A stretch of 64,000 nucleotides of DNA from a virus (Duplodnaviria; Caudoviricetes). Location: positions 20,218 through 84,217 of the IMG/VR virus record IMGVR_UViG_3300017755_000003. The stretch is one strand, 5' to 3'. This document shows, one piece after another, positions 27,106 to 36,795 of this stretch. Numbering within the stretch: the stretch's first letter is position 1; every line of letters begins with the position of its first letter. The notes under the pieces were generated by a model. The model did not search any database. It saw nothing but the letters and a program-made list of their open reading frames with translations, and had not been told where the DNA came from. Position numbers and translations under genes: made by a program.

Positions 27106-28397
27106 CTGTGTCCCTTGAATGCTACTTGATTATGTCTTGGATCTTGTTGCTGTCTAATTTTTTCTATTGATTCTGTTGTGCTATAGCCTTCAATAATAGG
27201 AAAAATTTCTACTTTGGCAATGTCATTTCCTACCACTGTATCAGTTGTATAATCACCACCTTTTACTATTACGTCAGGTTGTATTTCCTTTATAACATTG
27301 TATGGTGTATCTTCTTCAAATATAACTACATCATCTACAAACCCTAATTCTAACAATGCTTCTTTGCGTTTCTCTTGACCGTTAATGGGTCTTAAATCGC
27401 CTTTTAAACGCTTAACAGAAGAATCACTATTAATGCCCACCACAAGGCGTTTTCCTAGCGTGTGTGCGTGTCTAAGTAGCTTTAAATGGCCAGTATGCAG
27501 TATATCAAACACCCCATTAGCCCATACGATATTGCGTTCCAAATCGTCTTGTTGTATTATAGCAACACCCCGTTTTTCAACGATCCTAGCCGCGGCATAA
27601 CAAGCCAATTTACAGGCATCAAATATGTCCATACCCTTATCAATACCATAGGCAATAACTGCCATTACAGTATCTCCTGCACCAGTTACATCTGCAACTT
27701 CTTTTACAGGTTCACTAAAATGTTTGTACTCGTCTAGTATGTTTAGTACGTGCATACCATTAGCACCATCAGTAACAACTAACCAAGTCCAGCTATGTCT
27801 TTGCATTTGTCTAAGAGCATCTGCTTGATTCCATTTACCAAACCATGCTTCGTATTCTGCCATGTTTGGTTTAACAAGATATGCTCCATGATAAAAGTTT
27901 GCATCTTGTTTTGGATCAACTAAAATCTTTGCTTCTTTGCTTAATAAGTTTGCTACTGTATCTCGTCTTACAGTACCCTTTGCATAATCACTTACGCAGA
28001 TAATATCATTTTTCTTAATGTATGTTTCTAGTCTATCGTTTGCTTGATCACCAGTGTACTGGACTTCTCTATCCCAACGTACAATATGCTGTCCACCTTT
28101 TGCAACTAGTCTTGTTTTTGTTGTTGTAACATCTTGGTCACCGGCCATTTGACATTCTAAGTTTTGTTTTAATAAAAGTTCTTGTAACTTATAACCTTCT
28201 TTGTCATGTCCTGTAACACTTATTAATGTTACGGTTGATCCTAAACTTTTTATATTGAGTGCTAAATTTCCTGCACCACCTATTGACCATTCTTGATGAT
28301 CTTCTAATAACACAGGTACAGGTGCTTCTGGTGACATTCTATTTGCTTCACCGACTATCCATCGATCTAACATTATGTCGCCGTAGACTTTTATCAT
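27102..28397 (-). CDS. hldE: Bifunctional heptose-7-phosphate kinase / heptose-1-phosphate adenylyltransferase
   Basis: GD.MLD, R.SPEAPVPV, GGAGN.A.N, SDYAKG, VDPK, DVTGAGDTV, then NG.FDILH.GH, GINSD.SV.RLKG..RP, KGGDY, STT. Confidence 0.92.
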   Translation of the reverse strand: MIKVYGDIMLDRWIVGEANRMSPEAPVPVLLEDHQEWSIGGAGNLALNIKSLGSTVTLISVTGHDKEGYKLQELLLKQNLECQMAGDQDVTTTKTRLVAKGGQHIVRWDREVQYTGDQANDRLETYIKKNDIICVSDYAKGTVRRDTVANLLSKEAKILVDPKQDANFYHGAYLVKPNMAEYEAWFGKWNQADALRQMQRHSWTWLVVTDGANGMHVLNILDEYKHFSEPVKEVADVTGAGDTVMAVIAYGIDKGMDIFDACKLACYAAARIVEKRGVAIIQQDDLERNIVWANGVFDILHTGHLKLLRHAHTLGKRLVVGINSDSSVKRLKGDLRPINGQEKRKEALLELGFVDDVVIFEEDTPYNVIKEIQPDVIVKGGDYTTDTVVGNDIAKVEIFPIIEGYSTTESIEKIRQQQDPRHNQVAFKGHR

Positions 28398-28835
28398 TTA
28401 CTTCTCCATTAATGATACTAATTGGAATACAGTTTGTAATTTTGTTAAGTTTGATTTGCTTTGTAATGTGTTACGCAATCCTTGGTGTAATGGCTTTGGC
28501 CAATTACCAAAACTTACCCAAGCATATCCATTATGTTCACCATTTAGTGTTGGAATAAATTCTTCTTTTATAACACAAAGATACGTATGGAAATTAAATT
28601 TTTCATCGTTACTTACAAAAGTTTCTAGTGGAATTGATTTAATAATTTCAGGAGTTTTTCCAACTTCTTCTTTTATTTCTCTCAACAATGCCTGATATGG
28701 AATCTCTTCTGATTCATTAGTTCCACCTACTAGTCCCCAAACATTGGCTTGTCTGCTTTGTGATCTATGCAGAAACAAAAACCTTTGGGTATCTAAGGTA
28801 TAGAAGAGGGCACCACTACAAATAATCTTACTCAT
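28398..28835 (-). CDS. Nudix hydrolase
   Basis: Nudix box GGTNESEEIPYQALLREIKEEVG. Confidence 0.85.
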   Translation of the reverse strand: MSKIICSGALFYTLDTQRFLFLHRSQSRQANVWGLVGGTNESEEIPYQALLREIKEEVGKTPEIIKSIPLETFVSNDEKFNFHTYLCVIKEEFIPTLNGEHNGYAWVSFGNWPKPLHQGLRNTLQSKSNLTKLQTVFQLVSLMEK

Positions 28836-28847
28836 ATAACTACTTAT

Positions 28848-30302
28848 TTAGAGTACTAGGCGCCAGGTTCCTTTTCGATACTCGCCTTCAAACGTAAGCA
28901 ACCATTCTGCTCCGTTCCATTTGTATTGGATACCTGTATTTAAATTGGTTGTATATGTTACTTCTGGTACTGTTGAATCTTGACCACTGTTTGCACTAGC
29001 ATCAAATACTATTTCCCAGTCATTACCATTCCACTCAATTATATCATTTTCGTTAGCTATTAGATCGCCACCTGCACCTTTCCAAGCATCTGGTCCGTCT
29101 GCATTTTCTTTAGAACCTACATCTCCTAGTAACAATACTCTAACACCGTCACCTTTGATATTTGTTGGATTAGTTTTTAAAGGATCTATGATTGCATCAA
29201 TAGTACCTTTTGTAGAAACAGGACCAACTATAACTGTGTTTGTAGGTATAGTATCTTCGTCCCAATTAACTATAATTTGTGTTTCGTCTAAGCTGTTAAC
29301 AGCAAAAGTTCCTACTACTGGTGCAGTAAATCCTTCTCTGTCTAAATAAATTTTACTTAATGAAGCTCTGTAAATACCTGGCTCTGCATCTAATACTGTA
29401 CTCCATTGTATGTCACCTGACACACCGTTCTTACCAAGCTGTACAACATTGTTAATTACTATTGCATCATAACCAGCCGCAGTTGAAACTGCCAAGTGTG
29501 CAGTAGACTTGCTTGATTTACCTGTACCAGGTTTACTTACTGTGCTAGTATCAGAACCTTTCATGGTGTTATCATAACTATCGTCATATGCTTGTAGTTC
29601 AGGCATACTGCTACTTAGGTCAACAGTACCTTTGCTTTCATCAAATATACTCATTATAACATTTGTTATAACACCTAGCTTTTTAACTTTAGCAGGTGGA
29701 CTAATATAAATTGGTGTGCTAAATCCTAGTGTAGCAACATCAATGTCTGATTCAGTTCCTACAGGAATACTTCTTGAACTAAAGTTAATGTTTTCTAAAT
29801 TAACAACTGATAAAGAAGTCCAGTCTACATAGTTATCTGTTGTTTGTATTTCTAAACTTGGATTGAACAGCATTAATATCTGTTCCATGATTTGTAATTT
29901 TTGTTCTGTGTTTGTTGACCAAATATCTGCTGATAATTGCAAAGTATAAGGCGTAGGCATTAAACGTTCTACTGTGTAATTCTTACCTTGTGTGTTTAAA
30001 TATTCTTTACCTGTATTATCATATTCACGTTCTCTTAAATGTATCTTACCTGTGTATGTAGAGTCAGCAGTTCTTGTTCTATCCATCTCCATACCAGTAA
30101 CGTGTACACCTATACGAGGAGCACTTGGAATTTTGTTTTCTGAATTATCTCTAATCAAATGTCCTACTTGTCTAGTAATGTCACCATACATAACAGGAAC
30201 CTGTACTAACGCACCTTTACCATCAGCATAAGAGAAGTTACTCATTAGGCGAATAATCTGCGTAATGTATCTTCTAATTTGTCCGTCGTAAAAATGTTGC
30301 AT
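28848..30302 (-). CDS. Tail sheath stabiliser/terminator (T4 gp15-like) with a long C-terminal extension
   Basis: FYDGQIRRY..Q....., VPV.YG, P.PY.L....IW..N..Q.LQI.EQIL..FNP; follows the neck gene. Confidence 0.7.
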   Translation of the reverse strand: MQHFYDGQIRRYITQIIRLMSNFSYADGKGALVQVPVMYGDITRQVGHLIRDNSENKIPSAPRIGVHVTGMEMDRTRTADSTYTGKIHLREREYDNTGKEYLNTQGKNYTVERLMPTPYTLQLSADIWSTNTEQKLQIMEQILMLFNPSLEIQTTDNYVDWTSLSVVNLENINFSSRSIPVGTESDIDVATLGFSTPIYISPPAKVKKLGVITNVIMSIFDESKGTVDLSSSMPELQAYDDSYDNTMKGSDTSTVSKPGTGKSSKSTAHLAVSTAAGYDAIVINNVVQLGKNGVSGDIQWSTVLDAEPGIYRASLSKIYLDREGFTAPVVGTFAVNSLDETQIIVNWDEDTIPTNTVIVGPVSTKGTIDAIIDPLKTNPTNIKGDGVRVLLLGDVGSKENADGPDAWKGAGGDLIANENDIIEWNGNDWEIVFDASANSGQDSTVPEVTYTTNLNTGIQYKWNGAEWLLTFEGEYRKGTWRLVL

Positions 30303-30478
30303 TATCTTTTACACCCACAATCTCTAATAAAGAAATGCACAACTGCCATTGTAAACCACATCCATGTCATTTCACCTACACCAAGTAAGCTAGGCCCGTG
30401 GTTCATATGTCCTATGTCATTATTTAAAAATATAACACCTAAAATTAAAAATAGCAATCCTGCAAATTTATGTCTCAT
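30302..30478 (-). CDS. 58-aa His/Met-rich small membrane protein (not in the ORF track)
   Basis: Manual translation MRHKFAGLLFLILGVIFLNNDIGHMNHGPSLLGVGEMTWMWFTMAVVHFFIRDCGCKR; 1-nt TAATG overlaps with both neighbours. Confidence 0.7.
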   Translation of the reverse strand: MRHKFAGLLFLILGVIFLNNDIGHMNHGPSLLGVGEMTWMWFTMAVVHFFIRDCGCKR

Positions 30479-31635
30479 TAATTATCGCTCCTTGGCTTTA
30501 ATGCCTTACTGACAGGTTGTCGTTCTTTAACTGTTTCTCCGCCAATATTAGTAGTTGTTGAATTGTTTATAAATGTACCTTTTTGTGTATTCTTAGTATC
30601 AGTGTTAGACATATCAACTCTTACATTATCTTCCATTTTGGTCCAACGTTGTCCGTCAAACCTAAACAATCTATTTGGCATAAAGTCTGTCCTTAAAAAG
30701 TAATCACCTTTGATTTGATTAAGTGGAAAACTTCCACCATGACCAAATGCTTCACCATTTGGTGCAATACCATCACCTAACAAGTAACCATCGTAACCTG
30801 ATCTTTCTGGTGTTTGGTTAACTCTATCTGCAAGTAAACCTTGTTGTGAAATATCTAAATTGTTTATATCAGTTGTAACCATTTCAGGTTTACCTGATTT
30901 GTCAACTTGTAATGTGTATAGCTGACTTGTTTCGTATCCTGACTTACCTGCGTCTGCTTCTGCTTGTTGAACAACAGCATTGTTAATTTGCATTTCTTTT
31001 TCATATGTAGAAAGAACATCACGTAATGTATTTGTACTTCCTTCTTCTGCTGGTAAATCAAGTATTTCTTTGAATTCTTGTGAGTCAACAATTTGTTTCA
31101 TCTTGACTCTGTATAAATGTGGATACCAAGTCTGTGTAAATCCTTCTGCCGCTCTGTTTACATCTTCAACTACGTAAAAACGTTTTAGTGCTACTTGGTA
31201 ATCATTAAGAGCATACTCGTCTTTTAAGTGTGGTAGCTCTATTACGTCACCTGGCATAATCTTACGTCCGAGTGTTTTTACACTATAGTTGATAGGTATT
31301 GTCATAAACAATACATCATTCTGTAGGAACAATCCAAATTGACTCATATCAAAGTCAATATCTGCAACGTTGTAAATACCACGTATTACATAAATGTCTG
31401 GATCATACTTTCTATCCCTGTTTTCAAGGAATAGCATATCTTGTATATTAGTTTCCTTAACAGCATTATACCTAGGTTGAGCCGGTGTCGCATCGGCTTC
31501 ATCAGGATTAACTGGTCCTAAATACTTGTGGACAAATACGTCTGTACCACCTATAGTGAACATCTCCTGGATGGTCTTATCTAGGAAATCGTAATCTTTG
31601 CCCTTTTCGGGTTTGTATAAACTGAGTCTTGGCAT
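30478..31635 (-). CDS. Neck/head-closure protein (T4 gp14-like); likely start 31635
   Basis: MPRLSLY start follows a late-promoter motif; D.LF.ENRDRKY, FD.SQFGLFL, GRK.MPGDVIELP. Confidence 0.7.
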   Translation of the reverse strand: MPRLSLYKPEKGKDYDFLDKTIQEMFTIGGTDVFVHKYLGPVNPDEADATPAQPRYNAVKETNIQDMLFLENRDRKYDPDIYVIRGIYNVADIDFDMSQFGLFLQNDVLFMTIPINYSVKTLGRKIMPGDVIELPHLKDEYALNDYQVALKRFYVVEDVNRAAEGFTQTWYPHLYRVKMKQIVDSQEFKEILDLPAEEGSTNTLRDVLSTYEKEMQINNAVVQQAEADAGKSGYETSQLYTLQVDKSGKPEMVTTDINNLDISQQGLLADRVNQTPERSGYDGYLLGDGIAPNGEAFGHGGSFPLNQIKGDYFLRTDFMPNRLFRFDGQRWTKMEDNVRVDMSNTDTKNTQKGTFINNSTTTNIGGETVKERQPVSKALKPRSDN

Positions 31636-31643
31636 AACATTAG

Positions 31644-31664
31644 TATTTATCGAACGTATAAATA
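31644..31664. promoter_or_regulatory. Back-to-back T4-type late promoters: GATAAATA on - (31644-31651) and TATAAATA on + (31657-31664)
   Basis: Both motifs sit in the 48-bp gap between divergent gp14- and gp13-like genes and form an 8-bp inverted repeat. Confidence 0.75.
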
Positions 31665-31683
31665 CATATGGAGACGAAAGATT

Positions 31684-32442
31684 ATGGCAGATTTGACAAC
31701 ACAGAAACAAGAAGTATTTGATTACATTAACCTAAGTTTAGGCGGTGGTATGGTGGACGTAGAGCTGGATCCAGCACACTACGAAACAGCATTGAAAAAA
31801 TCACTATCAAAATTTAGACAAAGATCAGATAATTCTGTAGAAGAGTCGTATATATTCCTTCCTACAATCATTGATCAGAATACATACATTTTACCTCAAG
31901 AAGTAGTTGAAGTAAGAAAAATATTCCGTAGATCAATTGGTTCTAGATCAGGTGGAGGAGATGGTGGTACATTGTTTGAACCATTCAACCTGGCATACAC
32001 AAACACATATCTTTTAGCAAGTACTAACATGGGTGGATTAGCAACTTATGATATGTTCAGTCAGTACCAAGAATTGGTAGGAAGAATGTTTGGTTCATTT
32101 ATTGAATTCAAATGGAACACTACTACAAAAGAACTTATGGTACTACAACGCCCTAGAGCAGAAGAAGAATTACTACTTTACTGCTACAACTATAGACCAG
32201 ATTCAGAATTATTAAAAGATTACCTAGCCCAACAGTGGATCAAAGATTATGCACTCGCTACTTGTAAGTATATGCTTGGAGAAGCAAGAAGCAAATTTGC
32301 CACTATAGCAGGACCACAGGGTGGATCAACACTAAACGGTGATGCACTTAAAAATGAAGCCATTGCTGAAATGGAAAAACTTGATACTGAGCTTCAGACT
32401 CAGATTGCAGGTGGTGTTGGCTACGGTTTCACAATTGGCTAA
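31684..32442 (+). CDS. Neck protein (T4 gp13-like)
   Basis: LG...VDVEL...., W.KDY.LA..K..LG..RSKF..I.GP.GG..LNG..L..EA..E...L. Confidence 0.8.
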   Translation: MADLTTQKQEVFDYINLSLGGGMVDVELDPAHYETALKKSLSKFRQRSDNSVEESYIFLPTIIDQNTYILPQEVVEVRKIFRRSIGSRSGGGDGGTLFEPFNLAYTNTYLLASTNMGGLATYDMFSQYQELVGRMFGSFIEFKWNTTTKELMVLQRPRAEEELLLYCYNYRPDSELLKDYLAQQWIKDYALATCKYMLGEARSKFATIAGPQGGSTLNGDALKNEAIAEMEKLDTELQTQIAGGVGYGFTIG

Positions 32443-32449
32443 TAACTGC

Positions 32450-32478
32450 TTGACTTTTAGATAAATCTATAGTAACAT
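32450..32478 (+). promoter_or_regulatory. Sigma70-like promoter
   Basis: TTGACT-17 bp-TAACAT upstream of the dNMP kinase gene. Confidence 0.5.
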
Positions 32479-32511
32479 ACATATATTAATACTTAAAGAA
32501 AGGAAACTTCT

Positions 32512-33105
32512 ATGATCGTAGGAATCTGCGGACTTATTGGATCGGGCAAAGATACTATTGCTGATTATTTGATTAGAAAACATGATTTTGAAAAGATCAG
32601 CTTTGCTGACAAACTTAAAGACTCTGTGAGTGTTATGTTTGATTGGGACCGTGAGCTACTAGATGGCAAAACCGATGAAAGCAGAGCATGGAGAGAAGAA
32701 GTTGACGAGTATTGGTCAAAAGAAACTGGTGAAACAATTACACCTAGGCTAGTATTACAACTGTTTGGTACCGAATGTATGCGTGATGGATTTTACGATG
32801 GTATATGGGTAAGCCTAACAAAGAAGAAAATACTAGACAATCCCGGCAAGAACTTTGTTATACCAGATGTACGTTTCCCTAATGAAGCTAAAATGCTATA
32901 TGAGATCAAAGGTCAAGTATGGCGTGTAAAACGTGGTGATGATCCGCAATGGTTTGTAGACTACAGGGACTATGGAACAGAGCCTAAAGAAGTACACCCT
33001 AGTGAATGGGCTTGGGCACAAACTAAATTTACACAGATTATTGAGAATAACAAGACCGTTAACGATCTTACAGATCAGGTACGAGATCTCCTTGTTTCCA
33101 CTTAA
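32512..33105 (+). CDS. Deoxynucleoside monophosphate kinase (T4 gp1-like)
   Basis: GLIGSGKDT P-loop, FAD.LK, TPR..LQ..GTE..R, I.DVRFPNE, H.SE. Confidence 0.9.
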   Translation: MIVGICGLIGSGKDTIADYLIRKHDFEKISFADKLKDSVSVMFDWDRELLDGKTDESRAWREEVDEYWSKETGETITPRLVLQLFGTECMRDGFYDGIWVSLTKKKILDNPGKNFVIPDVRFPNEAKMLYEIKGQVWRVKRGDDPQWFVDYRDYGTEPKEVHPSEWAWAQTKFTQIIENNKTVNDLTDQVRDLLVST

Positions 33106-33406
33106 ACCCTTCCTTATATATAATTTTACTACAATTAGCACACACGGTCTTTAGATTACTAAACCTGATGTTGTTCATGTCACCGTCTACATAGTAGACT
33201 GAAAATTGTTCCTTGTGTTTGCTTTTATACCCACACTTGTCACACTCGTTCTTTTTAGTATAGCCTGACTGTTTGTACTTGGAATATGCGGTACGTGGCT
33301 TGCCATGCCTAACACATGACTCACACTTGCTTCGATAGAAAGGTTTGCCCTTCTTGTAGTAGTTGATTGCTACAGGTTTCTGTCCACATTCACATAAAGG
33401 TCTCAT
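33068..33406 (-). CDS. Zinc-finger HNH-like protein, probably catalytically degenerate
   Basis: CxC/CxxC pairs; VYYVDGD..N....NL..VCANC where HNH nucleases typically have VHH.DG. Confidence 0.6.
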   Translation of the reverse strand: MRPLCECGQKPVAINYYKKGKPFYRSKCESCVRHGKPRTAYSKYKQSGYTKKNECDKCGYKSKHKEQFSVYYVDGDMNNIRFSNLKTVCANCSKIIYKEGFKWKQGDLVPDL

Positions 33407-33411
33407 ATATG

Positions 33412-33419
33412 TATTTACC
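33412..33419 (-). promoter_or_regulatory. T4-type late promoter (GGTAAATA)
   Basis: TAAATA ends 5 nt before the ATG at 33406. Confidence 0.55.
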
Positions 33420-33474
33420 TGCCCTTTTTGATCCCTTTTTCACCGTAGTTATACCATAGGTTTATGCGTTTTGG

Positions 33475-33482
33475 TATAAATA
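33475..33482 (+). promoter_or_regulatory. T4-type late promoter TATAAATA
   Basis: Exact consensus upstream of the tail sheath gene, followed by an AGGAG SD. Confidence 0.8.
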
Positions 33483-33510
33483 CTTGTAATATGCTAACAG
33501 GAGAACTAAA

Positions 33511-36500
33511 ATGGCTTTAACATCACCAGGAGTACAGGTTTCCGTAATCGACGAAAGTTTTTACACGCCGGCGGAACCAGGAACAGTACCAATGATTTTC
33601 GTTGCGTCTGCACAGGATAAACAGAACGCATCAGGAACAGGTACAGCAACAGGAACACAAAGTAAAAATGCGGGAGTACCGTATTTGATTACTTCACAAA
33701 GAGAATTAACAGAATTGTTTGGAGATCCAACTTTCTATACAGATTCTAACAACAATGCGTTACATGGTAACGAGCTTAACGAATACGGATTACAAGCGGC
33801 TTACTCATACTTAGGAGTGGCAAATAGAGCTTACGTAGTTAGAGCAGATTTAAACACTACAGAGCTAATTGCAACTGCAACGGCTCCAGCGGCAAACCCA
33901 GCAGACGGAACATACTGGTTTGATACTGCTAATAGTGTATTTGGAATCTTTGAATGGAATAGTGCTTCAGCATCGACAACTGGTGGTCAGAGCTTTAGCA
34001 ATAAACTTCCAACAGTAATTACAGATGCAACTAAGGTAACAGGCGGAACACCTAAAACTTCTGTTGGCGCAGTAGGTGACTATGCCATTGTTGCAACTAC
34101 AACTTTAAATAAATTCTTCTACAAAAACGCAAGTGGTACTTGGGTACAAGTAGGTTCAAGTGCATGGATTAGTTCATGGGCAACTGTAACAGGAACTGAA
34201 AGCAATCCAACTATTAGTAATGGTGCTACAATGAGCTTAAACGGTTCTGTTGTAACTTCAGGCGGTACTGCACTTTCAGATGTAGTAACAGGAATTACAG
34301 CGGCTGGTATTGCTGGTGTAACTTCAGCAGTAGTAGATGGTAAATTAGAAATTTATTCAACTGGTGCAGATATTGTATTGGCGGCAAATGCTTCTACACT
34401 ATTAGCAGAGATTGGTTTAACAGCAGGTACTTTCAAAGCACCAGCATTAACTATTGCTCCGCACACATCAGTTCCAGAATACAAGTCAACAGACACAGCT
34501 CCAAAACCAACAGGTTCTTTATGGATTAAAACTACAGAACCTAACTTGGGTGCTAAATGGTCAGTTAAGAAATGGAACAACACAACTCAATTATGGGAAA
34601 CAGCGGCGGCTCCAATTTACTCAACTAACCAAGCGGCGTTATACGGTTTAGATAAAACTGGTGGCGGTGCTAACTTGGCAGTAGGTGCTCTTTACATTAA
34701 CTATAATAATGCAGAGGACACTATTGTAGGTGACTTTAAAATTCACAGACGTGTGGCAACAGGTGCAACATCAATTACTTCAAGTATTGTTGCGGCACAG
34801 GTTACAGCAGGAACATACGCATTTAACATTCAAGAAACTTTAGTTAATAACGCGGCTTTACAAGCTGACAAAACTATTAGTGTAACAACTACTGGTGCGT
34901 CAAGTGATGCTGATGTTATTGCAGGTGCTATTAATAGTGCAGGTTTTGTAAATGTAGGTGCAAGTGTTGATGCAAGTAACAGAGTTGTTATTTCACACAA
35001 TGACGGTGGTGACTTTAGAATTAAAGACACTGGAGGCGTATTAGCATTAGCAGGATTTAGTGCTTATGTTGATGCAAACTCAGGTACACCAAACTTATAC
35101 ACAGCACCAACAGGTGATAGTACACATGACTTTGTTGCAAGTAACTGGCAGGTATTAACTTATACTGCAAGTGCAACAGCAGTAACGGCTTTAACAGCTG
35201 ATAAAACTTTATGGTACAGTTCAGTTGTTGACGAAGTAGACATGATGATACACAATGGAACTACTTGGGTAGGTTATCAAGATTCAACTGCTCCGTACTT
35301 TGCGGCGGCGGCTGGTGATAAAACAGATCCAAAAGGTCCAATCGTAAGTGCTACTGAGCCAACTTTACAGTCAGACAGTACTGCACTTAAAAATGGTGAC
35401 TTATGGATTTCAACAGCAGACTTAGAAAACTATCCTAAGATTTACAAGTACAACGCAACTACTTTAAAGTGGGTACTTGTTGATAACGGTGATCAAACTA
35501 CTGAAGATGGTATTTTATTTGCTGATGCAAGATACAACACAGCAGGTGCAAACAGTTCAACAGCAGGTTCAATTGAAGCACTTTTAAGTTCAAACTTCTT
35601 AGACACAGACGCTCCAGATCCAGCACTATATCCAAAAGGTATGTTGCTTTGGAACTTAAGACGTTCTGGATTTAATGTTAAGAAATTTGTTAGAAACCAA
35701 GTTGACACATCAGGCAACAACCTAAGATTTGGTAGTGGCGCAGGTGAGTCAATGGCAGGTTACTATGCTCATAGATGGGTAACTGAATCAGCTAACCAGG
35801 CAAACGGTTCAGGTTCATTTGGTAGAAAAGCTCAACGTAAAGTTGTTATACAATCATTACAAGCAATGGTTAACAGCAACCAAGACATTAGAGACGATCA
35901 ATCAAGAATCTTTAACTTAATGGCTTGCCCAGGTTACTCAGAGTTAATTGGTGAAATGGTTACACTAAACACAGACAGAGGCTTAACAGCATTTGTTGTT
36001 GGTGACTTACCATTTAGATTAACTGCTGATGCTACAACAATTAACAACTATGCAACTAACGTAAACCTTGCAGTTGAAGATAACGATGATGGATTAGTAA
36101 CAAGTGATGAGTATATGGGAACTTTTTATCCTAGCTTATTCACAAGTGATAATGCAGGTAAAAACATTGTTGTTCCAGCATCACATGGTATACTTAGAAC
36201 AATAGCATTAAGTGATAGTGTTTCATTTCCATGGTTTGCTCCAGCAGGAACAAGACGTGGTGGAATTACTAACGCCTCAAGTGCAGGATACATTGATGCA
36301 GAAGGTGAATTTAAAGCAGTTGCTTTAAATACTGGACAACGTGATACATTGTACAGCAATAAAATTAACCCGATAACATTCTTAACAGGTGCGGGACTTG
36401 TCAACTACGGTCAAAAAACTAGAGCCAAAAATGCTAGTGCGTTAGATAGAATTAACGTTGCTAGACTAGTAATTTACCTAAGAGGACAGTTAGATAAACT

Positions 36501-36762
36501 TGCTAAACCATATATCTTTGAGCCAAATGATAAAATCACAAGAGATGAAATCAAAGCTCAAGCAGATAGCTTAATGTTAGAACTAGTAGGTCAAAGAGCA
36601 TTATATGACTTCTTAGTAGTGTGTGATGAATCAAACAACACACCTTCAAGAATTGATAGAAATGAGCTTTACTTGGATATAGCGATTGAGCCGGTGAAAG
36701 CAGTTGAGTTTATTTACATTCCGTTGAGACTCAAAAACACAGGTGAAATAGCACAACTATAA
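33511..36762 (+). CDS. Tail sheath protein (T4 gp18-like) with large insertions
   Basis: L.SPGV.V..IDES, FG.P, W.APAG.RRG, RD.LY...INPI, GQKT....SALDRINV.RL, FEPND..TR, V.CDE.NNT..RIDRNEL..DI.I.P.KA.EFIYI. Confidence 0.95.
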   Translation: MALTSPGVQVSVIDESFYTPAEPGTVPMIFVASAQDKQNASGTGTATGTQSKNAGVPYLITSQRELTELFGDPTFYTDSNNNALHGNELNEYGLQAAYSYLGVANRAYVVRADLNTTELIATATAPAANPADGTYWFDTANSVFGIFEWNSASASTTGGQSFSNKLPTVITDATKVTGGTPKTSVGAVGDYAIVATTTLNKFFYKNASGTWVQVGSSAWISSWATVTGTESNPTISNGATMSLNGSVVTSGGTALSDVVTGITAAGIAGVTSAVVDGKLEIYSTGADIVLAANASTLLAEIGLTAGTFKAPALTIAPHTSVPEYKSTDTAPKPTGSLWIKTTEPNLGAKWSVKKWNNTTQLWETAAAPIYSTNQAALYGLDKTGGGANLAVGALYINYNNAEDTIVGDFKIHRRVATGATSITSSIVAAQVTAGTYAFNIQETLVNNAALQADKTISVTTTGASSDADVIAGAINSAGFVNVGASVDASNRVVISHNDGGDFRIKDTGGVLALAGFSAYVDANSGTPNLYTAPTGDSTHDFVASNWQVLTYTASATAVTALTADKTLWYSSVVDEVDMMIHNGTTWVGYQDSTAPYFAAAAGDKTDPKGPIVSATEPTLQSDSTALKNGDLWISTADLENYPKIYKYNATTLKWVLVDNGDQTTEDGILFADARYNTAGANSSTAGSIEALLSSNFLDTDAPDPALYPKGMLLWNLRRSGFNVKKFVRNQVDTSGNNLRFGSGAGESMAGYYAHRWVTESANQANGSGSFGRKAQRKVVIQSLQAMVNSNQDIRDDQSRIFNLMACPGYSELIGEMVTLNTDRGLTAFVVGDLPFRLTADATTINNYATNVNLAVEDNDDGLVTSDEYMGTFYPSLFTSDNAGKNIVVPASHGILRTIALSDSVSFPWFAPAGTRRGGITNASSAGYIDAEGEFKAVALNTGQRDTLYSNKINPITFLTGAGLVNYGQKTRAKNASALDRINVARLVIYLRGQLDKLAKPYIFEPNDKITRDEIKAQADSLMLELVGQRALYDFLVVCDESNNTPSRIDRNELYLDIAIEPVKAVEFIYIPLRLKNTGEIAQL

Positions 36763-36765
36763 AAG

Positions 36766-36773
36766 GATAAATA
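36766..36773 (+). promoter_or_regulatory. T4-type late promoter GATAAATA
   Basis: Lies between the sheath and tube genes. Confidence 0.65.
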
Positions 36774-36795
36774 GTTTAAACAGGAGATATTAACA

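Noticed and set aside
31636-31710. Extended N-terminus of the gp14-like ORF to 31710
   Set aside because: It would overlap gp13 and span both late promoters; the ATG at 31635 fits better
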